A stretch of DNA of 64,000 nt from a virus, in IMG/VR virus record IMGVR_UViG_3300043419_000898, positions 18,498 through 82,497 of that record. One strand, given 5' to 3'. The translations under genes and the position numbers were made by a program. The notes under the pieces are model-generated. The model had not been told where the DNA came from. It saw nothing but the letters and a program-made list of their open reading frames with translations, and ran no database searches. Below, piece by piece: positions 19,360 through 28,907 of the stretch (position 1 is the stretch's first letter; each line of letters starts with the position of its first letter).

Positions 19360-21125
19360 TTGCCTTCACGCTCCCTCATGATGCGGTCACGTATCTTCTT
19401 GCTCCAAGAAGCACCAGCATCACCGCCCCACAAGTCCCAAGCAACTCTACCCTTTGACGGGAATCCATCTTCACCGCTATTGAAACCAGTTGCTTGTTTA
19501 TCTACTTCATGGCGACTGAAGAATGAGTACATGCGAAGCACTGTGCTATCCGATAAGTTCTCACCATTGACCAACTGGTTAGCACGTGTCAAACCTACGA
19601 GAGTGCCACCACCCTTGCCTTCTTTCTTCCATTGAAGAGCACGTCTGGCAGCGGACTGCATACCAGACGTGGGTTTATGACCGTCTGATTTGACTTCCTC
19701 CGCTACTATTTCTGTAGCCTTTTGTTCTGGCTGGTTTTCTGTAGGTGCGGGAACCGGTTGCGGTTCTGGCGTTGGTTGTTCTGGTGTTTCGGCTGGGATG
19801 GCGTTTGCTTCAACGCCCACTCCAGTCTGTGAGTTGATGCCTTCATCTTCACTTCGTGCAACCTCTCCAATCATCTTTCGGGCTTCAGCCTTGTCGATGA
19901 TTCCAGCAGCATACAAGGTTGTTGCTCGCTGTACACGAAGGGTTTCGTCTTCTTGCAGGGCAGGTACTTCAGTGTTGTCAAATGCAACAATGTCGTCGTC
20001 TTGCAGGTCAGTGTATTCAGGCACCATAGCCATCGTGATTTGGGCACAGAGTTGTTCCTGTAGAGGAATCATTCCGTCTTCCCAAGCAGCACGACGTGCT
20101 TCAGCATAGTTGGAGTAAGTGTTACGCTCAAGTCCAGCACCAAGACCAAGAACCATACAGTTCAAGCCAAGTGCGGAAGCAATACGCTCTTCAGGCTTAC
20201 GTCGAAGGTCATCCAGACTTAGTTCTGATGGAGAGAGCGACATACGGCTCACTGAGTAAGGAGCAGTTGATACGGCGATACCACCTGCATTGTCACCGCA
20301 GAAGTCTTCTTGCAGACGCTTCTTTAGAACACGTGCATCTTCTTCCATGATTTCAACCATCATGTCGCCAGAAGAAGGTCCAACCATCATCGATGGCATA
20401 GCGTTGTTCTTCAGAAGCGAATAACTAACAGTTGAACTCTGGTTATCAGCGGCTACTTCTTTTAGTACAGAGGCTATCGTAGAGCGTCCTACACGGATGT
20501 CGTTAGGGTCACGCAGATACCGCCAATGAATGATGTCTTCTGACGGGATGTCATACTGCACACCATCGACCATGTAGATGTATTCCTTGACGACAAGCTC
20601 AGGCTCGCCTTTAGGTGTAATCATGTCGCAAGGAAGAAATTGTAGGTAAACAACTTCACTACGTCGTCCACCCTTACGAACCTTACGTGCATAGGCGTTG
20701 CCTTGCAGTTTTAGGTCTTGTGTAATCCAACCATAGAATGTGTTTGCTGGTACGCCGGGACTTGGGTTTCGCAGAAGGTCAAGAAGTGGATGTGTATCAA
20801 TGATTTCAAACTTGTCAGACTTTGTGTCTTGGACGTTTCGTTGAATCACCAACTTGCCGACGTTCAGGTTGCGGATGTACCAGTCAAGACCGATGGCAAT
20901 AATAGAGTTAAGTCCAAGGTCACCGGCTTCTTTAGCCCAGTCCAACTTACTCGATGGCAGTTTAGTTGTGATGATGCTTTCAAGCCCACCATTGCCAGCA
21001 CGTGCAACAGCACGAGTTCGGTTTCGTGGTTGTGGTGCTTCAGCATTAGGGCGAAGAGCAACTTTAACAGCATCTTGACCCGTCAGGGCTGACCAAGCGT
21101 CAGAGAAACGGCTTAACAAGCCCAT
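19356..21125 (-). CDS. Portal protein (HK97 family) with extra C-terminal domain
   Basis: HPLLDLL..P, L.GNAY, DIIH.R, IASALG, TYSNY.EAR, EAR..IG motifs. Confidence 0.9.
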   Translation of the reverse strand: MGLLSRFSDAWSALTGQDAVKVALRPNAEAPQPRNRTRAVARAGNGGLESIITTKLPSSKLDWAKEAGDLGLNSIIAIGLDWYIRNLNVGKLVIQRNVQDTKSDKFEIIDTHPLLDLLRNPSPGVPANTFYGWITQDLKLQGNAYARKVRKGGRRSEVVYLQFLPCDMITPKGEPELVVKEYIYMVDGVQYDIPSEDIIHWRYLRDPNDIRVGRSTIASVLKEVAADNQSSTVSYSLLKNNAMPSMMVGPSSGDMMVEIMEEDARVLKKRLQEDFCGDNAGGIAVSTAPYSVSRMSLSPSELSLDDLRRKPEERIASALGLNCMVLGLGAGLERNTYSNYAEARRAAWEDGMIPLQEQLCAQITMAMVPEYTDLQDDDIVAFDNTEVPALQEDETLRVQRATTLYAAGIIDKAEARKMIGEVARSEDEGINSQTGVGVEANAIPAETPEQPTPEPQPVPAPTENQPEQKATEIVAEEVKSDGHKPTSGMQSAARRALQWKKEGKGGGTLVGLTRANQLVNGENLSDSTVLRMYSFFSRHEVDKQATGFNSGEDGFPSKGRVAWDLWGGDAGASWSKKIRDRIMREREGK

Positions 21126-21349
21126 CTATTGAATTCCTTCCGCATGAGTTCATCCGTCTTCGCCGACAAAAACTTTATACGCCGGGAAGCATCACGCATC
21201 TTCACTATAATGGGTTTTGCTTCATCAGTCGTCAACTGTACACAATATCCACGATTACACAAATAGGTAAAGCAGTCAAACTTTACCAACTGACCATCAA
21301 CATTTGCTGTTAAATCATAGCCTTCTAGTTGTTTGTCATTTGCATTCAT
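21113..21349 (-). CDS. Hypothetical protein
   Basis: ORF coupled to the portal start. Confidence 0.5.
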   Translation of the reverse strand: MNANDKQLEGYDLTANVDGQLVKFDCFTYLCNRGYCVQLTTDEAKPIIVKMRDASRRIKFLSAKTDELMRKEFNRWAC

Positions 21350-21401
21350 CTCGTTTTATCACCAGTGTCAACAGTACAGGTATTTGATTGTACAATGTCC
21401 C

Positions 21402-21656
21402 ATGCTGTTCTCATCATACAAACGACTTACACGGGTCAACGGCTTTCATAGGTTCTGGTATCTGAAGGCGGATGTTTGTACCTACGAAGGCATCTGCGTC
21501 AACTGCGGTAGACGCATCACTGTCAACATCGACCTACATGATGACATCTACAAAACAGACGATGTTATGACCGCTATGACAGAGCACTGCCATAAGACAA
21601 AAATAGATGGCTGGAATCGAAATGATATTTGGGATGATGTTGACAAAGTAGAATAG
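21402..21656 (+). CDS. Hypothetical protein (CxxC)
   Basis: Fills the gap at the strand switch; start uncertain. Confidence 0.4.
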   Translation: MLFSSYKRLTRVNGFHRFWYLKADVCTYEGICVNCGRRITVNIDLHDDIYKTDDVMTAMTEHCHKTKIDGWNRNDIWDDVDKVE

Positions 21657-21668
21657 TGGTAGTAACAT
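21639..21668 (+). promoter_or_regulatory. Sigma70-type promoter, leaderless
   Basis: TTGACA-17nt-TAACAT, 6 nt before ATG 21675. Confidence 0.6.
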
Positions 21669-21674
21669 AGGCAC

Positions 21675-22427
21675 ATGAACCCACGTGAAATGTCTATCAA
21701 AATGTGGAAGGCAGTGATGTCCGACCTTGCACGTCTCTCCGGTATCGAGATGGATGAAATGGATGCGAAGGAGTACACCAACGCTCTTCGTCCACTCCAG
21801 CAAGCCATCATCAATCAGCGTCTCAGTGAGACAAAACAACCTTTGAATGACGAGAGTCCAGAAGTCTGGAAGTTGCGATACTGGATTCGAAATCAAAAGT
21901 ATCGACCCAACTACGAAGAGGTTGCCAACAAAGTCTTAGATGTACTTGGTATGCCGAAGACTCACGGCGTACCGGGACACGTCATTGATGCACAGAAGGT
22001 TTATCGTGCAGAGCCATTGCCTCCATCACGTCAGTTGTCCGACAAAAACTACGACTTGTTTAGTTGGACTGAAGAACTGAAGCCTTCGGGCGATGATAGC
22101 CGTGACGAGATTGTTGCAAAAATGCTCACGACAGTTGAGGGTATCTATGGCTCAGCAGAAGCAGTCAACGTAGCCAAGTCCATCAATGCCAACAACATGC
22201 TTATCCGTGCTGAAGAAGAGGAAATGCTTCAAGCGGTTCTTGAGAAGATACCTGCTGAAGAGCGTGACACTTGGATTAACAAGGCTGGTGGCTTCGGAAA
22301 CAAGAGGCACTTCGTCAAGTTAGGAGTCGCTCGTGAGGCACTTGCTCAGTACACAAAGTCAAATCGAACAGCGAACTCTGAACAAGGTATGGCGGTCTGG
22401 AGAAAACGCTGGGGAAAACCAGCATAG
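21675..22427 (+). CDS. Hypothetical protein
   Basis: 250-aa ORF behind a promoter. Confidence 0.65.
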   Translation: MNPREMSIKMWKAVMSDLARLSGIEMDEMDAKEYTNALRPLQQAIINQRLSETKQPLNDESPEVWKLRYWIRNQKYRPNYEEVANKVLDVLGMPKTHGVPGHVIDAQKVYRAEPLPPSRQLSDKNYDLFSWTEELKPSGDDSRDEIVAKMLTTVEGIYGSAEAVNVAKSINANNMLIRAEEEEMLQAVLEKIPAEERDTWINKAGGFGNKRHFVKLGVAREALAQYTKSNRTANSEQGMAVWRKRWGKPA

Positions 22428-22436
22428 GAGCGTGAG

Positions 22437-22793
22437 ATGTTTGAGCAAGTAACGTATTTAACTTTCGGTGTGACCGTAGCGTCATCTATCTTCATCGGTA
22501 TGGTGCTTGGGTATCAACTTAAGTACATGGGTGAGCAGAAGTCAGATGACATAGTTCCTGCTGGGACAAAGGTTAGGTTCATGACACGAGCCGGTCACTA
22601 CTCATATGGAATTGTTCTTGAAGACTTTGTTGAGACAAAGAGTAAGTTCATCGTCGTTCGAAACGTAGAGTGGAAGATGAACGAGTCAAGTGTTGAGGCA
22701 CATGAAGGATACAGAATCTTCCCTATCCGTATCAAAGAAGGCGTGACACTACTCGGCACCGGTGAATGGACAACCGAAGACTACCTTGGTTAA
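22437..22793 (+). CDS. Hypothetical protein with N-terminal TM helix
   Basis: AGGAG RBS; hydrophobic N-terminus. Confidence 0.6.
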   Translation: MFEQVTYLTFGVTVASSIFIGMVLGYQLKYMGEQKSDDIVPAGTKVRFMTRAGHYSYGIVLEDFVETKSKFIVVRNVEWKMNESSVEAHEGYRIFPIRIKEGVTLLGTGEWTTEDYLG

Positions 22794-23382
22794 ACGACTC
22801 ACCGTTGCAACAGAAGATGTAGATGTTGCATTACTTAAACAGCACCCAAGAAACGTCAATCAAGGCGACTTGGGTGCTGTCATTTCGTCTATCCAAACTA
22901 ATGGCTTCTACGGTCGCCTAATCGTCAACAGGCGTAACAATCACGTCCTAGCGGGGAATCATCGTCTGATGGCGGCAAAGTCGCTACAGATGGAAACTGT
23001 GCCCGTAGAGTGGGTTGATGTTGATGAAGACGCAGAGATTCGCATCTTACTTGCAGACAACCGTACGACTAGGTTGGGTCTTGATGACAACGTCGCATTA
23101 ACTGCCTTACTTGCCGAGTTGGCGAACACAGAAAAGCAGTTAGACGGTACAGGCTATGACTTTGACGACTTGAATAATTTCATATCAGACATAGCAAGAG
23201 AAGAACTTCAACTAACAACAGACACCTATGACAAACTAGTCCCACGGATAGCACATCAAGGTCAGACGTGGGAATTAGGCGACACGCTTTTAGTTGTTGG
23301 TTTCAATGAAGAAGACTGTGACCGATTGATAGTCACTTGGGAAAAACTAACTAAAGGAAAGGCAGTTCTGAAAGATGGATGA
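22762..23382 (+). CDS. ParB/Srx-like N-terminal domain protein (methylase domain absent)
   Basis: HPRN, SI..NGF, VLAGNHRL.AAK.L, LLADNR; upstream of terminase. Confidence 0.8.
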   Translation: MNGQPKTTLVKRLTVATEDVDVALLKQHPRNVNQGDLGAVISSIQTNGFYGRLIVNRRNNHVLAGNHRLMAAKSLQMETVPVEWVDVDEDAEIRILLADNRTTRLGLDDNVALTALLAELANTEKQLDGTGYDFDDLNNFISDIAREELQLTTDTYDKLVPRIAHQGQTWELGDTLLVVGFNEEDCDRLIVTWEKLTKGKAVLKDG

Positions 23383-23953
23383 AGATGAAGTCACACCAAT
23401 AGACTTATCTGTTCCTGAGAGCCGAGACTCTATCAGGGAACAACTTACCGCTCCGCTATTTGACGAGTATCACGCCAGACGTAAAGCACTCGTCAGTAGT
23501 GCTAGACCAGATGGTCACGCATACGGCGGAAACCCACTCTCTATTGACGATGAAAAGATGAAGGTTATACTTGACGCTATCCTTGCAGGTGCTTCGCACT
23601 CAGTAGCGGCTCAGGTAGCAGGTGTGCCTGTAAGGCGATTGAAAGACTGGATTCAGCGTGGAGAGAGCGGTGACCTAAACGTACCTACGGAGCTTGTAGA
23701 GTTTGCACGTCGTGTACGCATGGCTGAGAGCCGTGGAGAGTTAGGTTTGATAGTTCGCATCCGTCGTGCTGCGGAAGAGAACTGGGGTGCTGCTGCGTGG
23801 CTTCTTGAACGCAGACATAGCAAGCGTTGGGGCAAGAAAACTCAAGTTGATGTGAGGCAGATGACAGATGAGCAAATTACAAGACTCCTTACGGCAGAAG
23901 CTGATGGAGGAAGCGATACGGCGGGGCTTGAGGATTCCGGGGACGACGAGTGA
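23375..23953 (+). CDS. terS: Terminase small subunit
   Basis: HTH (AAQVAGV..RRL..W), W.AAAWLLERR....WG motif; precedes TerL. Confidence 0.7.
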   Translation: MDEDEVTPIDLSVPESRDSIREQLTAPLFDEYHARRKALVSSARPDGHAYGGNPLSIDDEKMKVILDAILAGASHSVAAQVAGVPVRRLKDWIQRGESGDLNVPTELVEFARRVRMAESRGELGLIVRIRRAAEENWGAAAWLLERRHSKRWGKKTQVDVRQMTDEQITRLLTAEADGGSDTAGLEDSGDDE

Positions 23954-25319
23954 TATCTACAACCCTTACAAGGATGGTGTTGAGAAAGGCTCGATGGAGT
24001 CCTTTCATGAGTATCTAAAACTTACACTCCCAAAGGGATGGACTGCTGAACCAGCACACATCAAACTCATCGCTGAGCATCTCGATGCAGTAGACCGTGG
24101 ACAGATTGACCGTTTGGCAATCTCAATGCCCCCTAGACATGGCAAAACCGAGACCACTACTGTCCGTTACGGTGCATATGCGTTCGAAAGAAATCCTAGG
24201 GACAACGTCCTTGTAACCGCATACAACGAACGTATTGCACGTCGTTTTAGCCGTAAGGCAAGAGCGATTGTGGAAGCAAGACGTCAACTCATGACTAGCA
24301 GTCGTGCTGCAGACGAATGGGGCATGCCAGAAGGCGGCACATTTATGAGCCGTGGTGTTGGTTCTCCTCCTACTGGTGTAGGTTTTAAGAGAATCATCAT
24401 TGACGACCCTATCCGCCGACGTGAGGACGCTGAAAGCGTAAACCTGCGTGAGAAGGCTTGGGACTGGTTCACTGACGATATCTATACTCGTTTGGAGCCG
24501 GGTGGGGCAATGATTATCGTTGCTACTCGATGGCATCACGACGACATCATCAGCCGTGCCATTGACTCTGAGGCTAACAAGTGGGTTGTTCTAAAACTCC
24601 CTGCAATCGCAGAAGAGGCTGACCAGTTAGGACGACAACCGGGTGAGTCACTTTGGCCAGAGCGTTACTCCGTGGAAGACTTGATGCGTATCAAAGCCGT
24701 CATGCTTCAGAACGAAGGTGAGTACGGCTGGCAAGCGTTGTATCAACAGTCACCAACCCAGCGTTCTGGTGCGATGATACGCCAAGACCGAATCTCTGCA
24801 TTCCAAGAACTACCACTTTCGGTGGGACGGTTCCGACGTGTTGTACGTGCTTGGGACTTGGCATCTACTCGTGGTGCTGGAGACTACACCGTTGGAGTCA
24901 AGGGTGCTCTTGATAACATCGGACGCTTCTGGATACTCGATGTAGTTATCGGTCAATTCGACGTTGATGAGCGTGACAACATCATCTACAGAACTGCTGA
25001 GATGGATGGTAAGGATGTCACTATACGGCTTCCACAAGACCCAGCACAGGCAGGAAAGAGTCAAGCCAGATACTTACTCAGAATGCTTCATGGATACCGT
25101 GTAAGCATCCAAAGTCCATCTGGAAACAAGACGCTAAGGGCTGAACCGTTTGCGGCTCAGGTAAACAACTTTAACGTCAATATGATAGCCGCCGCATGGA
25201 ATACACCTGTTCTCGATGAGTTCAGACAATTTCCTATGGGGCGGCATGATGACATCGTTGATGCAGCAGTTGACTGCTATGACGAATGTACAAAAAAGAG
25301 GACTATGTCTTTCGCTTAG
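23868..25319 (+). CDS. terL: Terminase large subunit
   Basis: MPPRHGKT Walker A, IIIDDP Walker B, TRWH.DD, LYQQ.P, WDLA, HDD.VDA nuclease motif. Confidence 0.95.
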   Translation: MSKLQDSLRQKLMEEAIRRGLRIPGTTSDIYNPYKDGVEKGSMESFHEYLKLTLPKGWTAEPAHIKLIAEHLDAVDRGQIDRLAISMPPRHGKTETTTVRYGAYAFERNPRDNVLVTAYNERIARRFSRKARAIVEARRQLMTSSRAADEWGMPEGGTFMSRGVGSPPTGVGFKRIIIDDPIRRREDAESVNLREKAWDWFTDDIYTRLEPGGAMIIVATRWHHDDIISRAIDSEANKWVVLKLPAIAEEADQLGRQPGESLWPERYSVEDLMRIKAVMLQNEGEYGWQALYQQSPTQRSGAMIRQDRISAFQELPLSVGRFRRVVRAWDLASTRGAGDYTVGVKGALDNIGRFWILDVVIGQFDVDERDNIIYRTAEMDGKDVTIRLPQDPAQAGKSQARYLLRMLHGYRVSIQSPSGNKTLRAEPFAAQVNNFNVNMIAAAWNTPVLDEFRQFPMGRHDDIVDAAVDCYDECTKKRTMSFA

Positions 25320-25525
25320 TAAGCGTTATCAGACAAGTACTTACGCAATGCATCTACGCACGATTCGGCTGTCACCTTGGTGTTTTGTTTCGTGCGTAGG
25401 TTTGTAATTAGGAAGTGGTCTTTCTTCTGATTCCAAGCAAGTCCTGCCTTGGCTGCATAACTGAACACAGATTTGTCATCCACAAACTGCAATAAATCCA
25501 TTTCGGCAATGTTGCCTATCTTCAT
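25316..25525 (-). CDS. Hypothetical protein
   Basis: ATGA-coupled in minus-strand operon. Confidence 0.55.
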   Translation of the reverse strand: MKIGNIAEMDLLQFVDDKSVFSYAAKAGLAWNQKKDHFLITNLRTKQNTKVTAESCVDALRKYLSDNAY

Positions 25526-26091
25526 TCAATCACCATTAATTCTTTGTTATTTGATGCATCTTCAGTCGGTGCATCGGACGCCCATTCCATCATATGTGCC
25601 GCCATAGCGTCAATCTTTGCGATTGTGTTTGCATGGGCTACATTCCGCTTTGTCTCGTGCTTCTTCGGAGTGCTGATACCGTTCATCCATTTGTTGAGCA
25701 CTGCAAGACGCCACGCTCCGACTAGTATAGGTTTTGACTTGTGCTCCTGAGCCGATAGGCAACTACGCCAATGGCTCCTGATAGGGTCTTCGTCAGCCTC
25801 ACAAAGCAACTTCTCAGCAGTCTGGATGCACTGGGTCTCATTATCAACAGTAAGCCCAACGATAGTAAAAGAACCATCTTCAAAGTACATCAGTCCTGAA
25901 TCTATCAACTCGTATGCATGTTCTTTAGTGACCGCACACGTGAGCATGATTTCAAGCATCTTTTGCTTCGACACTTGACCAAGCGTTCGATTTGACCGTG
26001 ACCAACATTCGGATGCAATCAAAAGGTATCGTGCAGAAGCACTAATACTTCCAAGCCGACTATCAGTGAACCAGCCATAAACTAATCTCAC
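25522..26091 (-). CDS. Hypothetical protein
   Basis: GTGA-coupled in operon. Confidence 0.6.
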   Translation of the reverse strand: MRLVYGWFTDSRLGSISASARYLLIASECWSRSNRTLGQVSKQKMLEIMLTCAVTKEHAYELIDSGLMYFEDGSFTIVGLTVDNETQCIQTAEKLLCEADEDPIRSHWRSCLSAQEHKSKPILVGAWRLAVLNKWMNGISTPKKHETKRNVAHANTIAKIDAMAAHMMEWASDAPTEDASNNKELMVIE

Positions 26092-26474
26092 GTCTTCTTC
26101 CCACCGTCGTAAGGTTTCGCTATCCCCTTATCTACTAGATACTGATTTAGCGTAGCCCCGTCCTTCCCATAGACTTTGGCTAAGATGCGACCATACTTAT
26201 CAGGTTTGTCGCTTAGTGTTTCGAATGTAACATAGGTTATAGACTCTGTCAACTGCTTTTTTGAAATAGTGTTTTCTTTTAACCAGTCGGTCGTAACCTG
26301 TTTTGCGTACTTGCCTTCATCGGTCTTGATTTCAGGTGTGTCCAGTTCTGCAAGGCGGAGTTTCCGCTGCCCTAAAAGGACGTTAAATCCAAGGTCGATG
26401 TCAACTTCGATAGTATCCCCGTCAACAACTCGTATAAGCCTTCCACGGTACGTGTAGAGGCTCACAGAGTCCAC
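26088..26474 (-). CDS. Staphylococcal nuclease-like (thermonuclease) protein
   Basis: RVVDGDTI.V.IDLGF, RL..LDTPE, DKYGRILA motifs. Confidence 0.9.
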   Translation of the reverse strand: MDSVSLYTYRGRLIRVVDGDTIEVDIDLGFNVLLGQRKLRLAELDTPEIKTDEGKYAKQVTTDWLKENTISKKQLTESITYVTFETLSDKPDKYGRILAKVYGKDGATLNQYLVDKGIAKPYDGGKKT

Positions 26475-27094
26475 TCCAATGCCTTAGCAGTAATAGGAAA
26501 ATGCTTGATGAAAATCTCTTTGACTTGCTTGGCTAGTTCTTCGTGTTCACCCTGAGCATCCTTGTTTGCACGGGCTTCAATGTAGTGAATCCAAGAGCGG
26601 ATGTTTCCATTTGCATAGATGTGTGTAGGTGCACAGATAGGCAGTACTGAACGAGCACATTCTTTGGCTACGCCTTGCTCAAGAAGATAGTCGTAGACTT
26701 CTTGTTGTTTTTCAAAGAGCTCGGCAATCTTTTCTTTGGCAATGTCTTTCTCGGCACAATCTTCCCAAGGATTACTCGCTTGACGATTCTTTGCGTCTTG
26801 GAGTCTTAGGTCTGGTAGTTCTATCTCTTCAGTAACCTTTGCATAACGCTGGCTGAACTCTTGGATTCGGATAGAACTATGTCTTGCAAACTGTGCTGAG
26901 ATGTCACGGCGAGTATGTATGTCAAGACACATATTGCACATCTCAAAGATAGACCAATGCTTCTTTCGGATGCAGTAAGCAATCAGCCTGTCTGGTGGTG
27001 CATTTTGGTTGTCTGGGTTCGACACACGTGCCATCTTGGCAATCTTTATCTCTGCGTCTGGTGTCAACCAAACAACGCTAACCGATGAACTCAT
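26462..27094 (-). CDS. thyX: Flavin-dependent thymidylate synthase
   Basis: ARVSNP, HWSIFEM, RH....QEFSQRY, GVAKECAR.VLP, RSWIHY, Q.EH. Confidence 0.93.
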   Translation of the reverse strand: MSSSVSVVWLTPDAEIKIAKMARVSNPDNQNAPPDRLIAYCIRKKHWSIFEMCNMCLDIHTRRDISAQFARHSSIRIQEFSQRYAKVTEEIELPDLRLQDAKNRQASNPWEDCAEKDIAKEKIAELFEKQQEVYDYLLEQGVAKECARSVLPICAPTHIYANGNIRSWIHYIEARANKDAQGEHEELAKQVKEIFIKHFPITAKALEWTL

Positions 27095-27329
27095 TTTCGT
27101 AGTATTTCCTATGGACGTTATTCACGACGTTGGTTTTTTGCTTTGCGTCAAGACAGTACCAGTCAACTCCAAACATGGCAAACGACTCACGCTTGCATAG
27201 AATTGTGAGCCGTTCGTCATTTGTAAGTGGAGAAGTGACTATATCGTAGTCACTTTTGCAGGTTTGTGTCCGATATGACCAAAGTGCTAAAAACTCTGAT
27301 TCACTGAGTGTCATTACTTTCAGACTCAA
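27078..27329 (-). CDS. Hypothetical protein
   Basis: Overlapping ORF in operon. Confidence 0.5.
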   Translation of the reverse strand: MSLKVMTLSESEFLALWSYRTQTCKSDYDIVTSPLTNDERLTILCKRESFAMFGVDWYCLDAKQKTNVVNNVHRKYYENEFIG

Positions 27330-27819
27330 AAGGCGAGACTTTGATATCTAGATAATCACAAATACGCTTGGCTGCGTCATGCCACGTATAGCACACAGCC
27401 CAAGCGTATTCTGCTTCACATTCAGATAGGATTTCTTTGAAGTTCTTCTGTTCGTTTGTTAGACGATTTTTACCAGCCTTCATCTCTATCCACATTCCAA
27501 GGTACACAAGTTCTCCATCTAAGAACTTAGGATGAGGAATGAAGATATCCCAGACTCCTGCCTTCTGACCTTCTCGTTTCATGTTTACCGCAGTGGTTTT
27601 ACTGCGATACCCGCCATTCGGTACAGCAAAGATTCCTCTAAGCTTCGGATGGCGGGGTTCGTTGTACTTTATCCAGTTGAACAGGTTGACCTGTTCGTCA
27701 TGCTCAGGATTCTGTCGCTTGGACTTTACGTGGACGACCCCTAGGTCTTCCAGTAGGGATATACGTCGCTTTCTTCTCAGGTCGGTCATTGACAGCCTCT
27801 TGCCATAGATTACGCTCAC
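27301..27819 (-). CDS. VRR-NUC domain nuclease
   Basis: EH.EQ, FAVPNGG.R, K.EG..AGV.D, IEMK...NRLT.EQ. Confidence 0.85.
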   Translation of the reverse strand: MSVIYGKRLSMTDLRRKRRISLLEDLGVVHVKSKRQNPEHDEQVNLFNWIKYNEPRHPKLRGIFAVPNGGYRSKTTAVNMKREGQKAGVWDIFIPHPKFLDGELVYLGMWIEMKAGKNRLTNEQKNFKEILSECEAEYAWAVCYTWHDAAKRICDYLDIKVSPFESESNDTQ

Positions 27820-28102
27820 TCATGAACCGCTTGAGCGACTCAATCGTTACGTAAGTGTATCTGTCTTTGCCTTCAGACTTCACAAACTCTAAACGACCCT
27901 TACCGTTGAGTACATAAACACGTGCACGGCTGATACCAAGGATTTCTTGTGCAAGAGGCAGTGGGACAGAACCAAGGTCACGTCCCTGTTCAATACGAAT
28001 ATTTCCCTGCAACTTCATACGCTGAATGGCTCGCTCGATGGCTTGCTCAACTAACTCATCTGTGTATACATTAACCGGCAACTTCTTGCTCCTTACTATC
28101 AA
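27704..28102 (-). CDS. HTH DNA-binding protein with AT-hook tail
   Basis: AQEILGISRARVY.L...GRL (excisionase-like HTH); GRPRGRPRK C-terminus. Confidence 0.65.
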   Translation of the reverse strand: MIVRSKKLPVNVYTDELVEQAIERAIQRMKLQGNIRIEQGRDLGSVPLPLAQEILGISRARVYVLNGKGRLEFVKSEGKDRYTYVTIESLKRFMSERNLWQEAVNDRPEKKATYIPTGRPRGRPRKVQATES

Positions 28103-28661
28103 TAATCAATGCTTCTAAAGCAACGATGGCTTTGTTCCAGCCCTCAGGACTTACATCCTTGGAACCAACTAACTTCTCAAACAACTCAGCACGTTCGGCT
28201 GTTGTGTGATTTTCGCCGAGATAAGCACGTGCCATGTCACCAAAGATTTTTGCAGGTGATGGCGCACTAGGTGCTTGAGCCTTTGGCTTAGGTTGGTTGA
28301 TAGGTGCATCTACGATGCGTGGATTAGGCGAACTAACATCAACTTCATCGAACTCTGGTGCGAATTGCGTTCCATAACCCAAGATTCCGAGAGCACGTCC
28401 GATAGAGCCAGTCTCAGCCTTTTCCATGTAGTCAGCAAAACCACGAGCGTCTTCCATCTTCGTGCCTTCGGCTACAACGATGCCATTCTCGTTTGCGATG
28501 ATTGCCTTGAAAACTGCGTACTTTTGCTCAATATTCAGGTCAACAATCTGTGTCCGAATGCTCCAATCAGGATGCTCTTGACGGAACCAAACTAGACGCC
28601 ACTTGACCTCCAAGTAGGCTTTACCCTTCAGATTCATCAAGTGGTCATTTGGATTAAACAT
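28071..28661 (-). CDS. Single-strand annealing protein (Rad52/Sak-like)
   Basis: GK.YL.V..R...FR, EKAET..IGRAL..LG.G; SSB and YqaJ exonuclease nearby. Confidence 0.65.
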   Translation of the reverse strand: MFNPNDHLMNLKGKAYLEVKWRLVWFRQEHPDWSIRTQIVDLNIEQKYAVFKAIIANENGIVVAEGTKMEDARGFADYMEKAETGSIGRALGILGYGTQFAPEFDEVDVSSPNPRIVDAPINQPKPKAQAPSAPSPAKIFGDMARAYLGENHTTAERAELFEKLVGSKDVSPEGWNKAIVALEALIIDSKEQEVAG

Positions 28662-28802
28662 AACTTCCCTCCCTCAGTTGAGTTGACATATAGTATCTCC
28701 CTAACTACGTTTTGTCAAGATTACAAAAAGATTTCTTTTTCTATAGACAGATTGAGAAAGTGGTGGTATCACGCACGTGCGCCTACGTCGTACGCGAATA
28801 GT

Positions 28803-28907
28803 TACGTATAGATTTGCAATACGTTTCTGACTAAATCATTAGGTATTTGTTGTTTGTAATTACATAAACAACTACTACGTATAGATTTGCAATACGTATT
28901 GCAAATC
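28803..28907. repeat. 22-bp direct repeat plus 24-bp perfect palindrome (origin/operator candidate)
   Basis: TACGTATAGATTTGCAATACGT at 28803 and 28876; GATTTGCAATACGTATTGCAAATC at 28884-28907. Confidence 0.8.

Noticed and set aside
15599-20350. Long plus-strand and alternate-frame ORFs over capsid, protease and portal (e.g. 15843..16460), and similar ones such as 60468..61220
   Set aside because: Antisense shadows of well-supported genes, with no RBS or recognisable motifs
26840-26890. ThyX motif reads RHSSIRIQEFSQRY instead of RHRSFSFQEFSQRY (possible inactive enzyme)
   Set aside because: The SQRY serine/arginine and the other motifs are intact; the divergence alone is not evidence of lost function
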